In this document: one piece after another, positions 1 through 8,503 of the stretch
Numbering within the stretch: position 1 is the stretch's first letter
Layout: each line of letters opens with the position of its first letter
Origin: a virus
IMG/VR virus record: IMGVR_UViG_3300044213_000060
Span: 1 to 64,000 of that record
DNA length: 64,000 nt
Reading direction: 5' to 3' (one strand)
Program-made: the position numbers and the translations under genes
The notes under the pieces: model-generated
Databases searched by the model: none
Seen by the model: only the letters and a program-made list of their open reading frames with translations
Told to the model about the DNA's origin: nothing

Positions 1-461
1 TCGCCTGGCTCATCTAAATCACCATCACCGTCGATATCGCCTGCTGGCTCTTCGCCGCTTTCGTTGCCCATCAAATCAGCAAATTCTGCTTTTAGGTCTT
101 CTAGTGCGTCTTCAATGCTACGAAACTTGTCTTCTAAGTCGTCTTCACCGGCTTCACCACCAAAGTCGTGATCCATTTCGCCACCTTCGTCTCCAAAGTC
201 GTGATCCATTTCGTCGCCGCCTAGTGCTGGCTCTTCTCCTGCTTCATCGTTCTCTCCTAGGCCGTCAGTTTCGTCTTGGGTAATTTCATCAACTAGCCCA
301 GAAACCTGATTGCCACCAATTTCTTCTTCCATGGCCTCTTCATCCATGATAGATTCGTAGATATCGCGGCTGCGCTCTACTACGATTTCGTGAAATAGTT
401 CACGTGCTGCTTGCTCATTATCATTGATAATGTGCTCAATCAACTGTTCATATTTGTTCAT
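1..461 (-). CDS. Acidic head scaffold/prohead-core-like protein (partial, runs off window; not in ORF track)
   Basis: Hand translation from ATG at 461 (SD AAGGAG upstream): MNKYEQLIEHIINDNEQAARELFHEIVVERSRDIYESIMDEEAMEEE... Very Asp/Glu-rich with a duplicated EMDHDFG unit; lies downstream of the portal gene. Confidence 0.6.
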   Translation of the reverse strand, partial: MNKYEQLIEHIINDNEQAARELFHEIVVERSRDIYESIMDEEAMEEEIGGNQVSGLVDEITQDETDGLGENDEAGEEPALGGDEMDHDFGDEGGEMDHDFGGEAGEDDLEDKFRSIEDALEDLKAEFADLMGNESGEEPAGDIDGDGDLDEPG

Positions 462-493
462 AAGAACTCCTTCTAAATATGGTTTCGTAAAGA

Positions 494-501
494 TATTTAC
501 T
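494..501 (-). promoter_or_regulatory. Putative late promoter (AGTAAATA)
   Basis: TAAATA core resembling the T4 late promoter TATAAATA, upstream of the ORF starting at 461. Confidence 0.45.
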
Positions 502-600
502 AATATACGTATATATCTCGGTTATAACGGTGTTTTTGCGGTATTTTTTAAGGGATTTATTACAGAAATATTAAATTTACAGTAAAGATATGTAATTTTG

Positions 601-843
601 TTATATTCCAGGCATAGCACCGCCCTCAGGTGCAGGAGCTTTGTATTGTTTAGATATGTTTTTTAATTTCTTTTCGTGCTCAAATTTACGCACATCATTG
701 GCCATTCTTAGCTTGTTTAGATGTGCTAGAGTTAGTCTTGTTTTGCGTAGATCACTGAGTTTCATAACAGAATGATCATCTTTTTCTGTACGATATCCAG
801 CAGGCATTTTCTCAGGATTTTCAAATAAATTTACTAGTAACAT
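601..843 (-). CDS. Small head-region hypothetical protein
   Basis: 80-aa ORF between the portal and scaffold-like genes, preceded by AGTAAATA at 850-857. Confidence 0.7.
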   Translation of the reverse strand: MLLVNLFENPEKMPAGYRTEKDDHSVMKLSDLRKTRLTLAHLNKLRMANDVRKFEHEKKLKNISKQYKAPAPEGGAMPGI

Positions 844-849
844 ATAGTT

Positions 850-857
850 TATTTACT
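850..857 (-). promoter_or_regulatory. Putative late promoter (AGTAAATA), probably leaderless
   Basis: TAAATA core 6 nt before the ATG at 843. Confidence 0.45.
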
Positions 858-866
858 CAAAATGTA

Positions 867-2576
867 TCAAACCGCCGAAGCTGGTGCTGCTGCTGCAGGT
901 GCTCCACCTGGGCCGCCGCCGCCCACTGCTGGTGCTGCCGGAGCAACGCCAAGATCCCCCAAGTCACCTTCAGGAGGAGTCACTGCTTCCAAATCACTGC
1001 TGAGTCCACCAGGAGTCACGCCTACACTACGCAAGTTTGGTTCTGCACTGGGTGCATTTTCAACATCGCCTTGTTCTTCGGTCCATTGTGTTTCATTTTC
1101 GCTCATTTCAGCTTCACTCATACCTAAATAACGTTTCATTAAGAAACGTTTACTAAAGTAAGGGTATTGTTCAAGTTGTGTAAATGTGCCAATACGTGCA
1201 CTATCTACGTCTGCTTGACGATATTGTGCAAAGTTTTGTGGTTCTTCAAATACTAGATCAAATAGTTGTCCATCAATATTAATGCCTCTCCAACGCATAA
1301 ACATCTTAAACTCGTGATCAAGTTTGTCAATAATCATTGCTTGTAAACGCTTACAATATTGATTAAAACGCCATTCTTGTATTAATGCAGTTCCAACTCT
1401 CCCGTCTGTTACTGCTTGTGTACCATCATCTACTCCTGTTGGCAAATAACTACTTGGAATACGTAAACCACGGAATAACTTGTTAGTAAAGAAGCGTAAG
1501 TCTGTGATTTCACCTAGATTTTGCCCGCCTGCTAGTGCTTCAACACTGGATCCGCGGCCATCTGCGGTGACCGGGAAGAAAAAGTCTTCGTTTGTGCTTA
1601 ATGGATTATATGTAGCATCCATCATATTCTGCCCACCACCAGTTTGTGTAGGAATACGACGTTGGTGTATTTCGTTTTTGATACGTTCTACAAAAGCCAT
1701 AGCCATGTGTGTTGGCATGTTGCCTACATCAATTTTAAACACACGACGTTCCGGCGCACGTTGCACACGATAGATAATAATAGCATCTTCAAGCAATTCT
1801 TTTTGTTTAAAGACTTTAAAAATATTCTCTAGTACAGAGTTTCCAAAAGGCCAATATACATCCAACCCTTCAGTTAAACTTACATGAACTACGTGTTCTG
1901 CATTAATAACTGCTTCGTTTTGTGCATGTTGAAATCTTGATCCACCACCCATACTACTGCTAGGTTGCACATAAGCACCCGATGGACCACCAACTTGGGG
2001 GTGATTCATAAATGTATCACTGGTACTAACTGCAGTCACAGTTAAGTTTTGAAAGTTAGGATTTAAATCTTTAACAATATACTGTTCAGGTTTTTTACCT
2101 TCGGCTTCGTTAACAATAACTTTGCTAACTTTACTCATTTCTGTCCAAAACAATTTAAATGTTTCAGGATCACGAATAAACACTTGGTCGCCATATTTTA
2201 GTACATTGCGCACAATTTTAAATATGCGTTTGTTAAATTCGTTTAATGCTACCCATTGTTGAAGTTGTTCTTTGATAATTTTAACTTCGTTGTCTGTGGG
2301 TTTTTCTTTATAACTGATATTAAATGCAGTATGATTTTCTAAATTCTTTTGTGTGCAGAATTCTGCTAAAATATCCAAGGCCGCGTTGATTTCACTGTCC
2401 ATGTCCATTTGTTCGTATTGATTATAACGCTCAATACGATTTGGGTGTCCAATATAAACTTCAGGTAACTTGCTTTGATAGTTGCGATACCCAGGATCAA
2501 CAGAACGATTGTTGCCCAAAGGACTTACGTTAGTTGGTAAATTAGACGATTTAAAATACTTTTTCCACGTGGCCAT
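867..2576 (-). CDS. Portal vertex protein (T4 gp20-like)
   Basis: Motifs LLEDAIIIYRVQRAPERRVFKIDVGNMP, EDFFFP, GGQNLGEITD and LRIPSSYL are typical of T4-type portals. Confidence 0.93.
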   Translation of the reverse strand: MATWKKYFKSSNLPTNVSPLGNNRSVDPGYRNYQSKLPEVYIGHPNRIERYNQYEQMDMDSEINAALDILAEFCTQKNLENHTAFNISYKEKPTDNEVKIIKEQLQQWVALNEFNKRIFKIVRNVLKYGDQVFIRDPETFKLFWTEMSKVSKVIVNEAEGKKPEQYIVKDLNPNFQNLTVTAVSTSDTFMNHPQVGGPSGAYVQPSSSMGGGSRFQHAQNEAVINAEHVVHVSLTEGLDVYWPFGNSVLENIFKVFKQKELLEDAIIIYRVQRAPERRVFKIDVGNMPTHMAMAFVERIKNEIHQRRIPTQTGGGQNMMDATYNPLSTNEDFFFPVTADGRGSSVEALAGGQNLGEITDLRFFTNKLFRGLRIPSSYLPTGVDDGTQAVTDGRVGTALIQEWRFNQYCKRLQAMIIDKLDHEFKMFMRWRGINIDGQLFDLVFEEPQNFAQYRQADVDSARIGTFTQLEQYPYFSKRFLMKRYLGMSEAEMSENETQWTEEQGDVENAPSAEPNLRSVGVTPGGLSSDLEAVTPPEGDLGDLGVAPAAPAVGGGGPGGAPAAAAPASAV

Positions 2577-2594
2577 ATTATTCTTCCAGTAGTA

Positions 2595-2602
2595 TATTTA
2601 CC
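2595..2602 (-). promoter_or_regulatory. Putative late promoter (GGTAAATA) for the portal gene
   Basis: TAAATA core in the short intergenic gap upstream of the portal ATG. Confidence 0.45.
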
Positions 2603-2607
2603 ATGTT

Positions 2608-5448
2608 TTATGCGGTAGCACTAAGAAGCTTGCGCGATATATCTTTGTGATCTTTTAATATATTCAACATATCTGCGTTTTGTCCAACAATCTGTTTAAA
2701 CAAATTTGCCAATTCAGTCATTTTAGATGCCATATCATCTGTTTGTACACGTGATGTTACTGCACCTCGACCAGTTACCAATTCTGGACCACGTTCTCCA
2801 ACAATTGTGGGACCTTCAAAATACCCACCATCATCCCGGTGTTCTATATGTGGAGGATCACCTCTTAAGGTATTAAATCCGTATTTTGCTAATAATCCTG
2901 CGCTGTTTAACTCACTAACCTGTTGACTGTTTAAATCAAGTGCACGACCTTTTCCGTGCCAACTGGCACCAGGTTTGCCTACTGGGTTTCCTTTTTTGCC
3001 CCCACGAACCCATTCATCGTACAACTTTTGTTGTTCTTCGTCACTGCGGTATGATGTATTAACCTGCACAGGTTTTCCGTACTCGCTGATCATTTTTAAG
3101 AAATCAGTACCAACGTCTTGATCAAGATTTTTAAAATGCGCTTCATCGCCTAACTGTGTTCCTGAAAAATTAACAAGTTTAAGTGCATCCGACAGCCCGC
3201 CACCGCCTTGTTGTAGCGTATCTCCAATTGTTTTATGTGGACCACCAAAAAATCCTAATATACTCTGGCCAGCTTTTTTTTCATCTAACAAACCAAATGT
3301 TAAACCTGAAGCTATACTACCTGCAGCACTTGCAGCACGTTCGCCACCGGTCGCATCTCTTCCGCTGGCTATACCAAGATTTTCCTCAGCATGCGTGGCT
3401 CCTTGGTATCCTTCATATATTGAAGTAGCCGCTGCCAACGGTAAAGCCGCTTTGCCGGCTACTCGTCCTAAAAATTTCCCGGCTCGTCCAATTTTGCCTA
3501 ACAAGCCGCCTTTTTTACTAACTGCACCGGCTGCATCTTCAGCTGCGTCTAGTAATCCGCTACCACCTGGTGTTTTTCCTAGATGAGATAATACCAATGG
3601 TATTGCGGATGCAATAACCCCCGGCAATATAGACATAGCAAGTATTTTCCAGTCCATGCCTTTTATTGTGTCTTTTATAGCATCTACCATTCTACCTTCA
3701 GACACATCTCGTAGTACTTTAACTGACTCTTGTACTTGTTTCATGGTCTCATCAACTGCACTGGCAAATAGTCCTAGATTATTAGCAGCTAACCCTTCCA
3801 TGTCAGCTAAGAATTGTTGATTTTTTTCTACTAACGAAACTTCGGGCCCAGCACCACCTTGAGCACCTTGATTTTGCCGTTCAGCAATAAGTGTAGCAGT
3901 TTTTTGTGCATCTGCAAATCTGTTTGCCCATTGAGTTTGATTGTTTATAGATTTAGCAGCATCTGCACCAGCACCACTTTGTACTCGACCAAGCGTTTTA
4001 CCTAATTGATTAGATTGTTCTAGTATTTCTTTTTGATTACTTTGATAAGACTTAATTACTCCTGCTTGATCTAAATTATTTTGTTTAGCAAGTTCAAATT
4101 GTTCATCTTGTGCTTTTCGTATACCATCATTAGTAGCACGACTAATAGCTAGATCTTTGCTTATAACCTGACCGTATATTTGTTTTTCTCTGAACGCACG
4201 TTGATCTTCTGTACTCATTAGAGCCATTGCTTCAACTGTTTTTTTGCGTTCTTTTTCGTTTAATCCATTTAGATAACTATTAAATGCCAAAGTATCGTTA
4301 TCTTGACGCAGTTTTTCCATTCTTGCTTTTGCGTCTTGACCAGTAATATCTGCGATAGTTTTTAGACTTCTAGCGTATTCTGCGGTTTGTGCAGCTACTT
4401 CAGCATTACTGGCTTTTAACTGTCCACTAGGACCGGCCATTAACGCCATAGTTTGTGCATATGCATCGGCTTGATCCTGTGCAGTCATGCCCAGTGCATA
4501 CATGCCTTCTTTGGCGGCTCTGCCACCAGTTTCCATTGCATCTGCTAGACGTTTGCTAGCACCGCCTACACTTAAACCAGTCTTTGATAAATTATCTTTG
4601 TTTGCTGAAACTGCTTTACTAAATTGTTCTAGAGTTAATCCTGCACGTTGGCTAGTATGAATCATTTCCATCATACCGCCGGCAAATACAGCACCCGAAG
4701 ATGACATTTCTTGGAAATTGCTGATCAACTTCCTTGTTTCTGTCATCATAAAGCCGATGCCGGCTTTTACCAATTCAGCTAATGCAGATGATACTGTTCC
4801 TGCAGCAGCTCCTAGTGCCGAAACTGCAACCCCGGCAACTCCCAGTGCCCCGCCAGCTCCAGCAACTGCTTTTCCAAAGTCCATCATAGCACCGGCGCCA
4901 ACTTGTATGCCACCGTTAAATTGATCAACTTGTGCCGTCATTGTTGCGGCAGCTGCGTCCATGGCATCGCCACCGGCCAAAGCCGCTTTACCACCGGCAA
5001 AAAATGCTTTAGATGCTCCTGCTATAGCAGTTCCGGCTAGTGTGCCCAATGATGTTTTAAATATTTCTGTTGCTTTATTTCTAGCATTGGCGTTTTCTAA
5101 TTGACTCTTGGCTTCAATTAATGCTGATTTTTTGTGTTGATCAGATGTATTGTTTATTTGTTTGCGTAGATAATCCAGTTCTTCTTCTAGATCTTCAGCA
5201 GTTTTAGTACCTTTTTTATACTCGGCATTTAAATCTTCAATTGTTTTTGTTATTTGTTCGTAGGTCTTTTTAAATTTTTTATTGGCATCTTGTGTGGCTT
5301 TAATAAACTTCAGAGTTTCGGCCGCAGACACTTGATCGCTCTTGCCCATTTTTTTCAAATTTACAAGATGCTTATCTATTAAATCTGCATATTCTTTACT
5401 AGACGCTCGCAGTCGTTCCAGTTCGTCGTTTATTTCTTTGTCATCCAT
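2608..5448 (-). CDS. Tape-measure-like tail protein with C-terminal M15 (D-Ala-D-Ala/L,D) zinc peptidase domain
   Basis: Long Ala/Gly-rich helical and coiled-coil body; C-terminal SYRS...QQKLY...PGASWHGKGRALD...DPPHIE (M15 HxxxxxxD and H ligands) and a GERGPELV motif common in tape measure proteins. Confidence 0.7.
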   Translation of the reverse strand: MDDKEINDELERLRASSKEYADLIDKHLVNLKKMGKSDQVSAAETLKFIKATQDANKKFKKTYEQITKTIEDLNAEYKKGTKTAEDLEEELDYLRKQINNTSDQHKKSALIEAKSQLENANARNKATEIFKTSLGTLAGTAIAGASKAFFAGGKAALAGGDAMDAAAATMTAQVDQFNGGIQVGAGAMMDFGKAVAGAGGALGVAGVAVSALGAAAGTVSSALAELVKAGIGFMMTETRKLISNFQEMSSSGAVFAGGMMEMIHTSQRAGLTLEQFSKAVSANKDNLSKTGLSVGGASKRLADAMETGGRAAKEGMYALGMTAQDQADAYAQTMALMAGPSGQLKASNAEVAAQTAEYARSLKTIADITGQDAKARMEKLRQDNDTLAFNSYLNGLNEKERKKTVEAMALMSTEDQRAFREKQIYGQVISKDLAISRATNDGIRKAQDEQFELAKQNNLDQAGVIKSYQSNQKEILEQSNQLGKTLGRVQSGAGADAAKSINNQTQWANRFADAQKTATLIAERQNQGAQGGAGPEVSLVEKNQQFLADMEGLAANNLGLFASAVDETMKQVQESVKVLRDVSEGRMVDAIKDTIKGMDWKILAMSILPGVIASAIPLVLSHLGKTPGGSGLLDAAEDAAGAVSKKGGLLGKIGRAGKFLGRVAGKAALPLAAATSIYEGYQGATHAEENLGIASGRDATGGERAASAAGSIASGLTFGLLDEKKAGQSILGFFGGPHKTIGDTLQQGGGGLSDALKLVNFSGTQLGDEAHFKNLDQDVGTDFLKMISEYGKPVQVNTSYRSDEEQQKLYDEWVRGGKKGNPVGKPGASWHGKGRALDLNSQQVSELNSAGLLAKYGFNTLRGDPPHIEHRDDGGYFEGPTIVGERGPELVTGRGAVTSRVQTDDMASKMTELANLFKQIVGQNADMLNILKDHKDISRKLLSATA

Positions 5449-5459
5449 GGATTTTTACC

Positions 5460-5467
5460 AATAAATA
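5460..5467 (+). promoter_or_regulatory. Putative late promoter (AATAAATA)
   Basis: Upstream of the ORF at 5504. Confidence 0.5.
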
Positions 5468-5485
5468 TTACAGTACCTTCAATTA

Positions 5486-5493
5486 TATTTATA
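5486..5493 (-). promoter_or_regulatory. Late promoter TATAAATA
   Basis: Exact T4 late consensus on the minus strand, upstream of the tape-measure-like gene. Confidence 0.65.
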
Positions 5494-5503
5494 GGATAAA
5501 AAC

Positions 5504-6352
5504 ATGTCAGAAATTTCGAATAACCCGTTAGCCAAACATTTTAGGCAACCTGCACTGTATATTAACTTAACCAGCGGTGGACGATACTGGAAAAATGGTA
5601 GTCTAGAATTACCTGCAACTGGGGGTATTCCAGTCTTCCCGATGACAACCAAAGATGAAATTACCTTACGGACTCCAGACGCATTGGTAAATGGAACTAG
5701 TGTAGTCGAAGTAATTCAAAGTTGTGTGCCAAATATCAAAAATGCCTGGGAAATGCCCAGTGTTGATGTTGATAGCACACTGATTGCTATTAGACTTGCT
5801 AGTTATGGAAAATACATGACTATTAAAAGCAAATGCCCTGCATGCAATGAAGAACATGATTATGATGTAGATCTAAATACTGTACTCGATGGTATTAGTA
5901 TGCCTGATTATTCTACACCAGTTAAGTTGCCTAATTTATCAATAACACTAAAACCAATGAATTATCAACAGGTCAGTCGTGCTGGGAATATTAGCCTAGA
6001 AGAAGAAAAACTAATACAAGCACTAGCAAATCCTGACGTTGATGAAGATACTCGTAAAATTGAGTATGAAAAACATATTAATAAAATGATAGATCTCAAT
6101 ATCGAAAACGTTGTTAGCTGCACAGATTATATTGCTACCAGCGATGGTGAACGAGTATCAAATCCAGATTTTATTCAAGAATTTTATACTCAAGCAGATG
6201 CCGGAGTTATGCGAGCTGTACAGGCCAAAATTAGAGAATTAGCCGAAGCTATTGCAATTAAGCCAATGGATGCTACCTGTGATAGTTGTGATAATAAATT
6301 TCAATTAACTATAGAATTTGATTACGCAAGTTTTTTCGCTCAAGGCTTTTGA
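5504..6352 (+). CDS. Baseplate hub assembly protein (T4 gp26-like)
   Basis: PMTTKDE, DVDSTLIAIRLASYG, two CxxC pairs (CPAC, CDSC) and a terminal ...SFF, all characteristic of gp26-like proteins. Confidence 0.75.
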   Translation: MSEISNNPLAKHFRQPALYINLTSGGRYWKNGSLELPATGGIPVFPMTTKDEITLRTPDALVNGTSVVEVIQSCVPNIKNAWEMPSVDVDSTLIAIRLASYGKYMTIKSKCPACNEEHDYDVDLNTVLDGISMPDYSTPVKLPNLSITLKPMNYQQVSRAGNISLEEEKLIQALANPDVDEDTRKIEYEKHINKMIDLNIENVVSCTDYIATSDGERVSNPDFIQEFYTQADAGVMRAVQAKIRELAEAIAIKPMDATCDSCDNKFQLTIEFDYASFFAQGF

Positions 6353-6567
6353 ACTCAACCGCAGATGAAATTGATGCGTTAATCAACGAATATGAATTAA
6401 GTTCAAAAGCCTTACGTGAAGAAGCATTACGAATGTGTTGGTATATGAGAGGTGGACTCACTTATACTGAAGCTATGTATTTGAGCAATAGTGAAAAAGA
6501 TTTAATCAATAAAATAATCAAAGATAACATGCAAACAACCAAAGACTCAGGACTTCCTTTTTTCTAA
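6349..6567 (+). CDS. Small baseplate hub assembly protein (gp51-like)
   Basis: 72 aa, overlaps the gp26-like gene; WYMRGGLTYTEAMYLS..E motif and gp26-gp51 synteny. Confidence 0.55.
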   Translation: MNSTADEIDALINEYELSSKALREEALRMCWYMRGGLTYTEAMYLSNSEKDLINKIIKDNMQTTKDSGLPFF

Positions 6568-6568
6568 T

Positions 6569-7081
6569 ATGAATTTAAAATCAATAATTACAGAAACTGC
6601 CGATTGGCCAAAACCAGGAATTAATTTCCTTGACATAATTCCCATACTCGAAACTCCACTGGCATTCGACTACTGCGTAAAGCAGTTTATGCCGTTTGCA
6701 GAACAATCATCAAGTATTGTTGCAATTGAAAGTCGTGGATTTCCAATTGGCGCAGTATTAGCACAACAACTAAAACTACCATTGGTATTAGTTCGTAAAC
6801 CAAATAAATTACCAAGACCGGTATACTCTCAGAGTTATACAACTGAATACAGCACTGACTCCGTCGAAATTAAACAATCAGCAAACGTAAGAGACTACCC
6901 GTTAATTGTTGATGATTTACTTGCAACCGGCGGCACTGTAACGGCCGCAGCAGATTTATTAAAAAATAACTTTGCGGTTAATTTAGTTAGATGTGCAGTT
7001 ATAATAAATCTTAGTTTTTTACCTGGTGCAGAGTTGTTAAAGCAAAATCAAATTGAATTATTAAGTTTGGAAACTTATTAA
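6569..7081 (+). CDS. apt: Adenine phosphoribosyltransferase
   Basis: DWPKPGINFLDI, IESRGF, VRKPNKLP, EYS and the PRPP-binding motif IVDDLLATGGT. Confidence 0.93.
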   Translation: MNLKSIITETADWPKPGINFLDIIPILETPLAFDYCVKQFMPFAEQSSSIVAIESRGFPIGAVLAQQLKLPLVLVRKPNKLPRPVYSQSYTTEYSTDSVEIKQSANVRDYPLIVDDLLATGGTVTAAADLLKNNFAVNLVRCAVIINLSFLPGAELLKQNQIELLSLETY

Positions 7082-7611
7082 TGGATAATATTATATTATT
7101 AGCACTTAAAGAAGAAGCTCCTGCATTAGCTGCAAGACCAGATGTGTTTTTTACTGGAGTTGGCAAAGTAAATGCAGCTATTGTTGCGGCACAGTTAATT
7201 GAACGTTATAAACCTACACAAGTAATTAACTTTGGCACTGCAGGTGGTATTACTGTTGTATCAGGACTGCATCAAGTAACTCGTTTTGTACAACGAGATA
7301 TGAATTGTTCAGCACTAGGGTTCGCAGTAGGGCAAACACCTTACGAGACTGAACTAGCACTAGGCACAGGACTAACTTGTAGCTCAGGAGATAGTTTTGT
7401 TGACAATCCAGTGTTAAACGTACCCGCAGACCTAGTAGATATGGAAGCATATGCTATAGCCAAGGCATGCCATTTAGCTAATACCAAATTTCTTTGTTAT
7501 AAGTTTATTAGTGATACTGCTGATCATAATGCCAGCACCGAATGGGTTACTATGATCTCAGCTGGTGAAAAGTATTACTTAGAAAAGCTAAAACAACTAC
7601 AAATCATATAA
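7081..7611 (+). CDS. mtnN: 5'-methylthioadenosine/S-adenosylhomocysteine nucleosidase (PNP/MTAN family)
   Basis: GVGKVNAA, INFGTAG, SGDSF, VDMEAYA and KFISD motifs; 1-nt overlap with apt. Confidence 0.85.
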   Translation: MDNIILLALKEEAPALAARPDVFFTGVGKVNAAIVAAQLIERYKPTQVINFGTAGGITVVSGLHQVTRFVQRDMNCSALGFAVGQTPYETELALGTGLTCSSGDSFVDNPVLNVPADLVDMEAYAIAKACHLANTKFLCYKFISDTADHNASTEWVTMISAGEKYYLEKLKQLQII

Positions 7612-8025
7612 GATGTCTAAAGACATCTGTTGTTTCGCTCTCGCTCACAACACTTTTCTTACTCGCTTTAGCGAGATAGTTTCATCCAGATTGTTTGGTC
7701 ACACTTTGCCCGCACAGGGCAAAGATTGCTTCATCCGAGTTACCTCAGTCACTTAGCGTTACTGCATTACAGAGGCGGTTGTCCGGTACCTCGAGCAGCG
7801 TCTTTTACAACGGCGGGCTTGTATCTATACGCTAACATACATACAAACCGTGTAGCATCAACTGCTACGTCTTTTTCAGCCTTAGAATCCTATTCAAACA
7901 ATCAAACTCGGGCATTACGAGTCTACATCCTTCTCGGGTAGTGATTGAGCACTCTTAACGGCAGAGATTTACGTCCGAGCGACCCTAGGTCCTCTTTTCA
8001 TGTACACAAGAAATTAGCCTGTGTG
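7611..8025 (-). ncRNA. Candidate large structured ncRNA (~420 nt) of unknown class
   Basis: Gap with no credible ORF, visibly more GC-rich than its flanks, containing about ten stem-loops and a 7-bp loop-to-distal pairing; begins ~5 nt after the nuclease stop codon. Confidence 0.6.
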
Positions 8026-8029
8026 AGCC

Positions 8030-8464
8030 TTAACCGTTTAATTTGTGTTTAATGTGGGAGCCATGGATACGGACTTGTATATGTCCGTTATAATAATCGT
8101 CGGATTCTAAGACTTGGTGTCTAAATTGTTCTCTTGCTTCTATGTACGAGCATTCTGCTTTACTATTGCAATAAAAAAGTATTTCTCTTTTAAAATTTTC
8201 TTTGCCTAATAAATTCACATCCTTAGTAAGTTCTGGACTGCTACCATAGTAGTCTCGCCAATCACTATCTATTTTACTGCGAATTTTCTTTTTCTTCTTT
8301 GTGCCGTTTTTGAGTTTTACTGTTTTTTGTGTTGTTTTAGAGAATTTTGCTAGTTTTTTGCCTATGTATTTGCGTCCTGATATTGTATTTGTGATCAAAT
8401 ATACAAACCCCACGCAGTTGTCGGGTAAGTTTTCGATACTAGTGCCTTGATAAAACCATGTCAT
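8030..8464 (-). CDS. GIY-YIG endonuclease (T4 endonuclease II/DenA-like)
   Basis: GFVYLITN...KYIGKK, WRDYYGSS, a conserved E and YYNG; 144 aa single domain with a basic insertion. Confidence 0.8.
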   Translation of the reverse strand: MTWFYQGTSIENLPDNCVGFVYLITNTISGRKYIGKKLAKFSKTTQKTVKLKNGTKKKKKIRSKIDSDWRDYYGSSPELTKDVNLLGKENFKREILFYCNSKAECSYIEAREQFRHQVLESDDYYNGHIQVRIHGSHIKHKLNG

Positions 8465-8503
8465 TGTGTAACATAATTATGCCTTAATGTGCCATGATAA
8501 AAA

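Noticed and set aside
160-213. 21-bp direct repeat ccaaagtcgtgatccatttcg
   Set aside because: A coding duplication (EMDHDFG) within the acidic scaffold-like ORF, not an att site or regulatory repeat.
862-1832. Plus-strand ORFs overlapping the portal gene
   Set aside because: Antisense shadows of a well-supported gene; the same applies to the many short antisense ORFs across the window.
7726-7941. 71-aa plus-strand ORF inside the structured region
   Set aside because: TTG start, no SD and atypical composition; the dense base-pairing is better explained by RNA or DNA structure.
7611-8025. tRNA, tmRNA, RNase P, hammerhead ribozyme or CRISPR array
   Set aside because: No cloverleaf or T-loop, no RNase P GAGGAAAGUCC, no exact CUGAUGA core, and no regularly spaced repeats.
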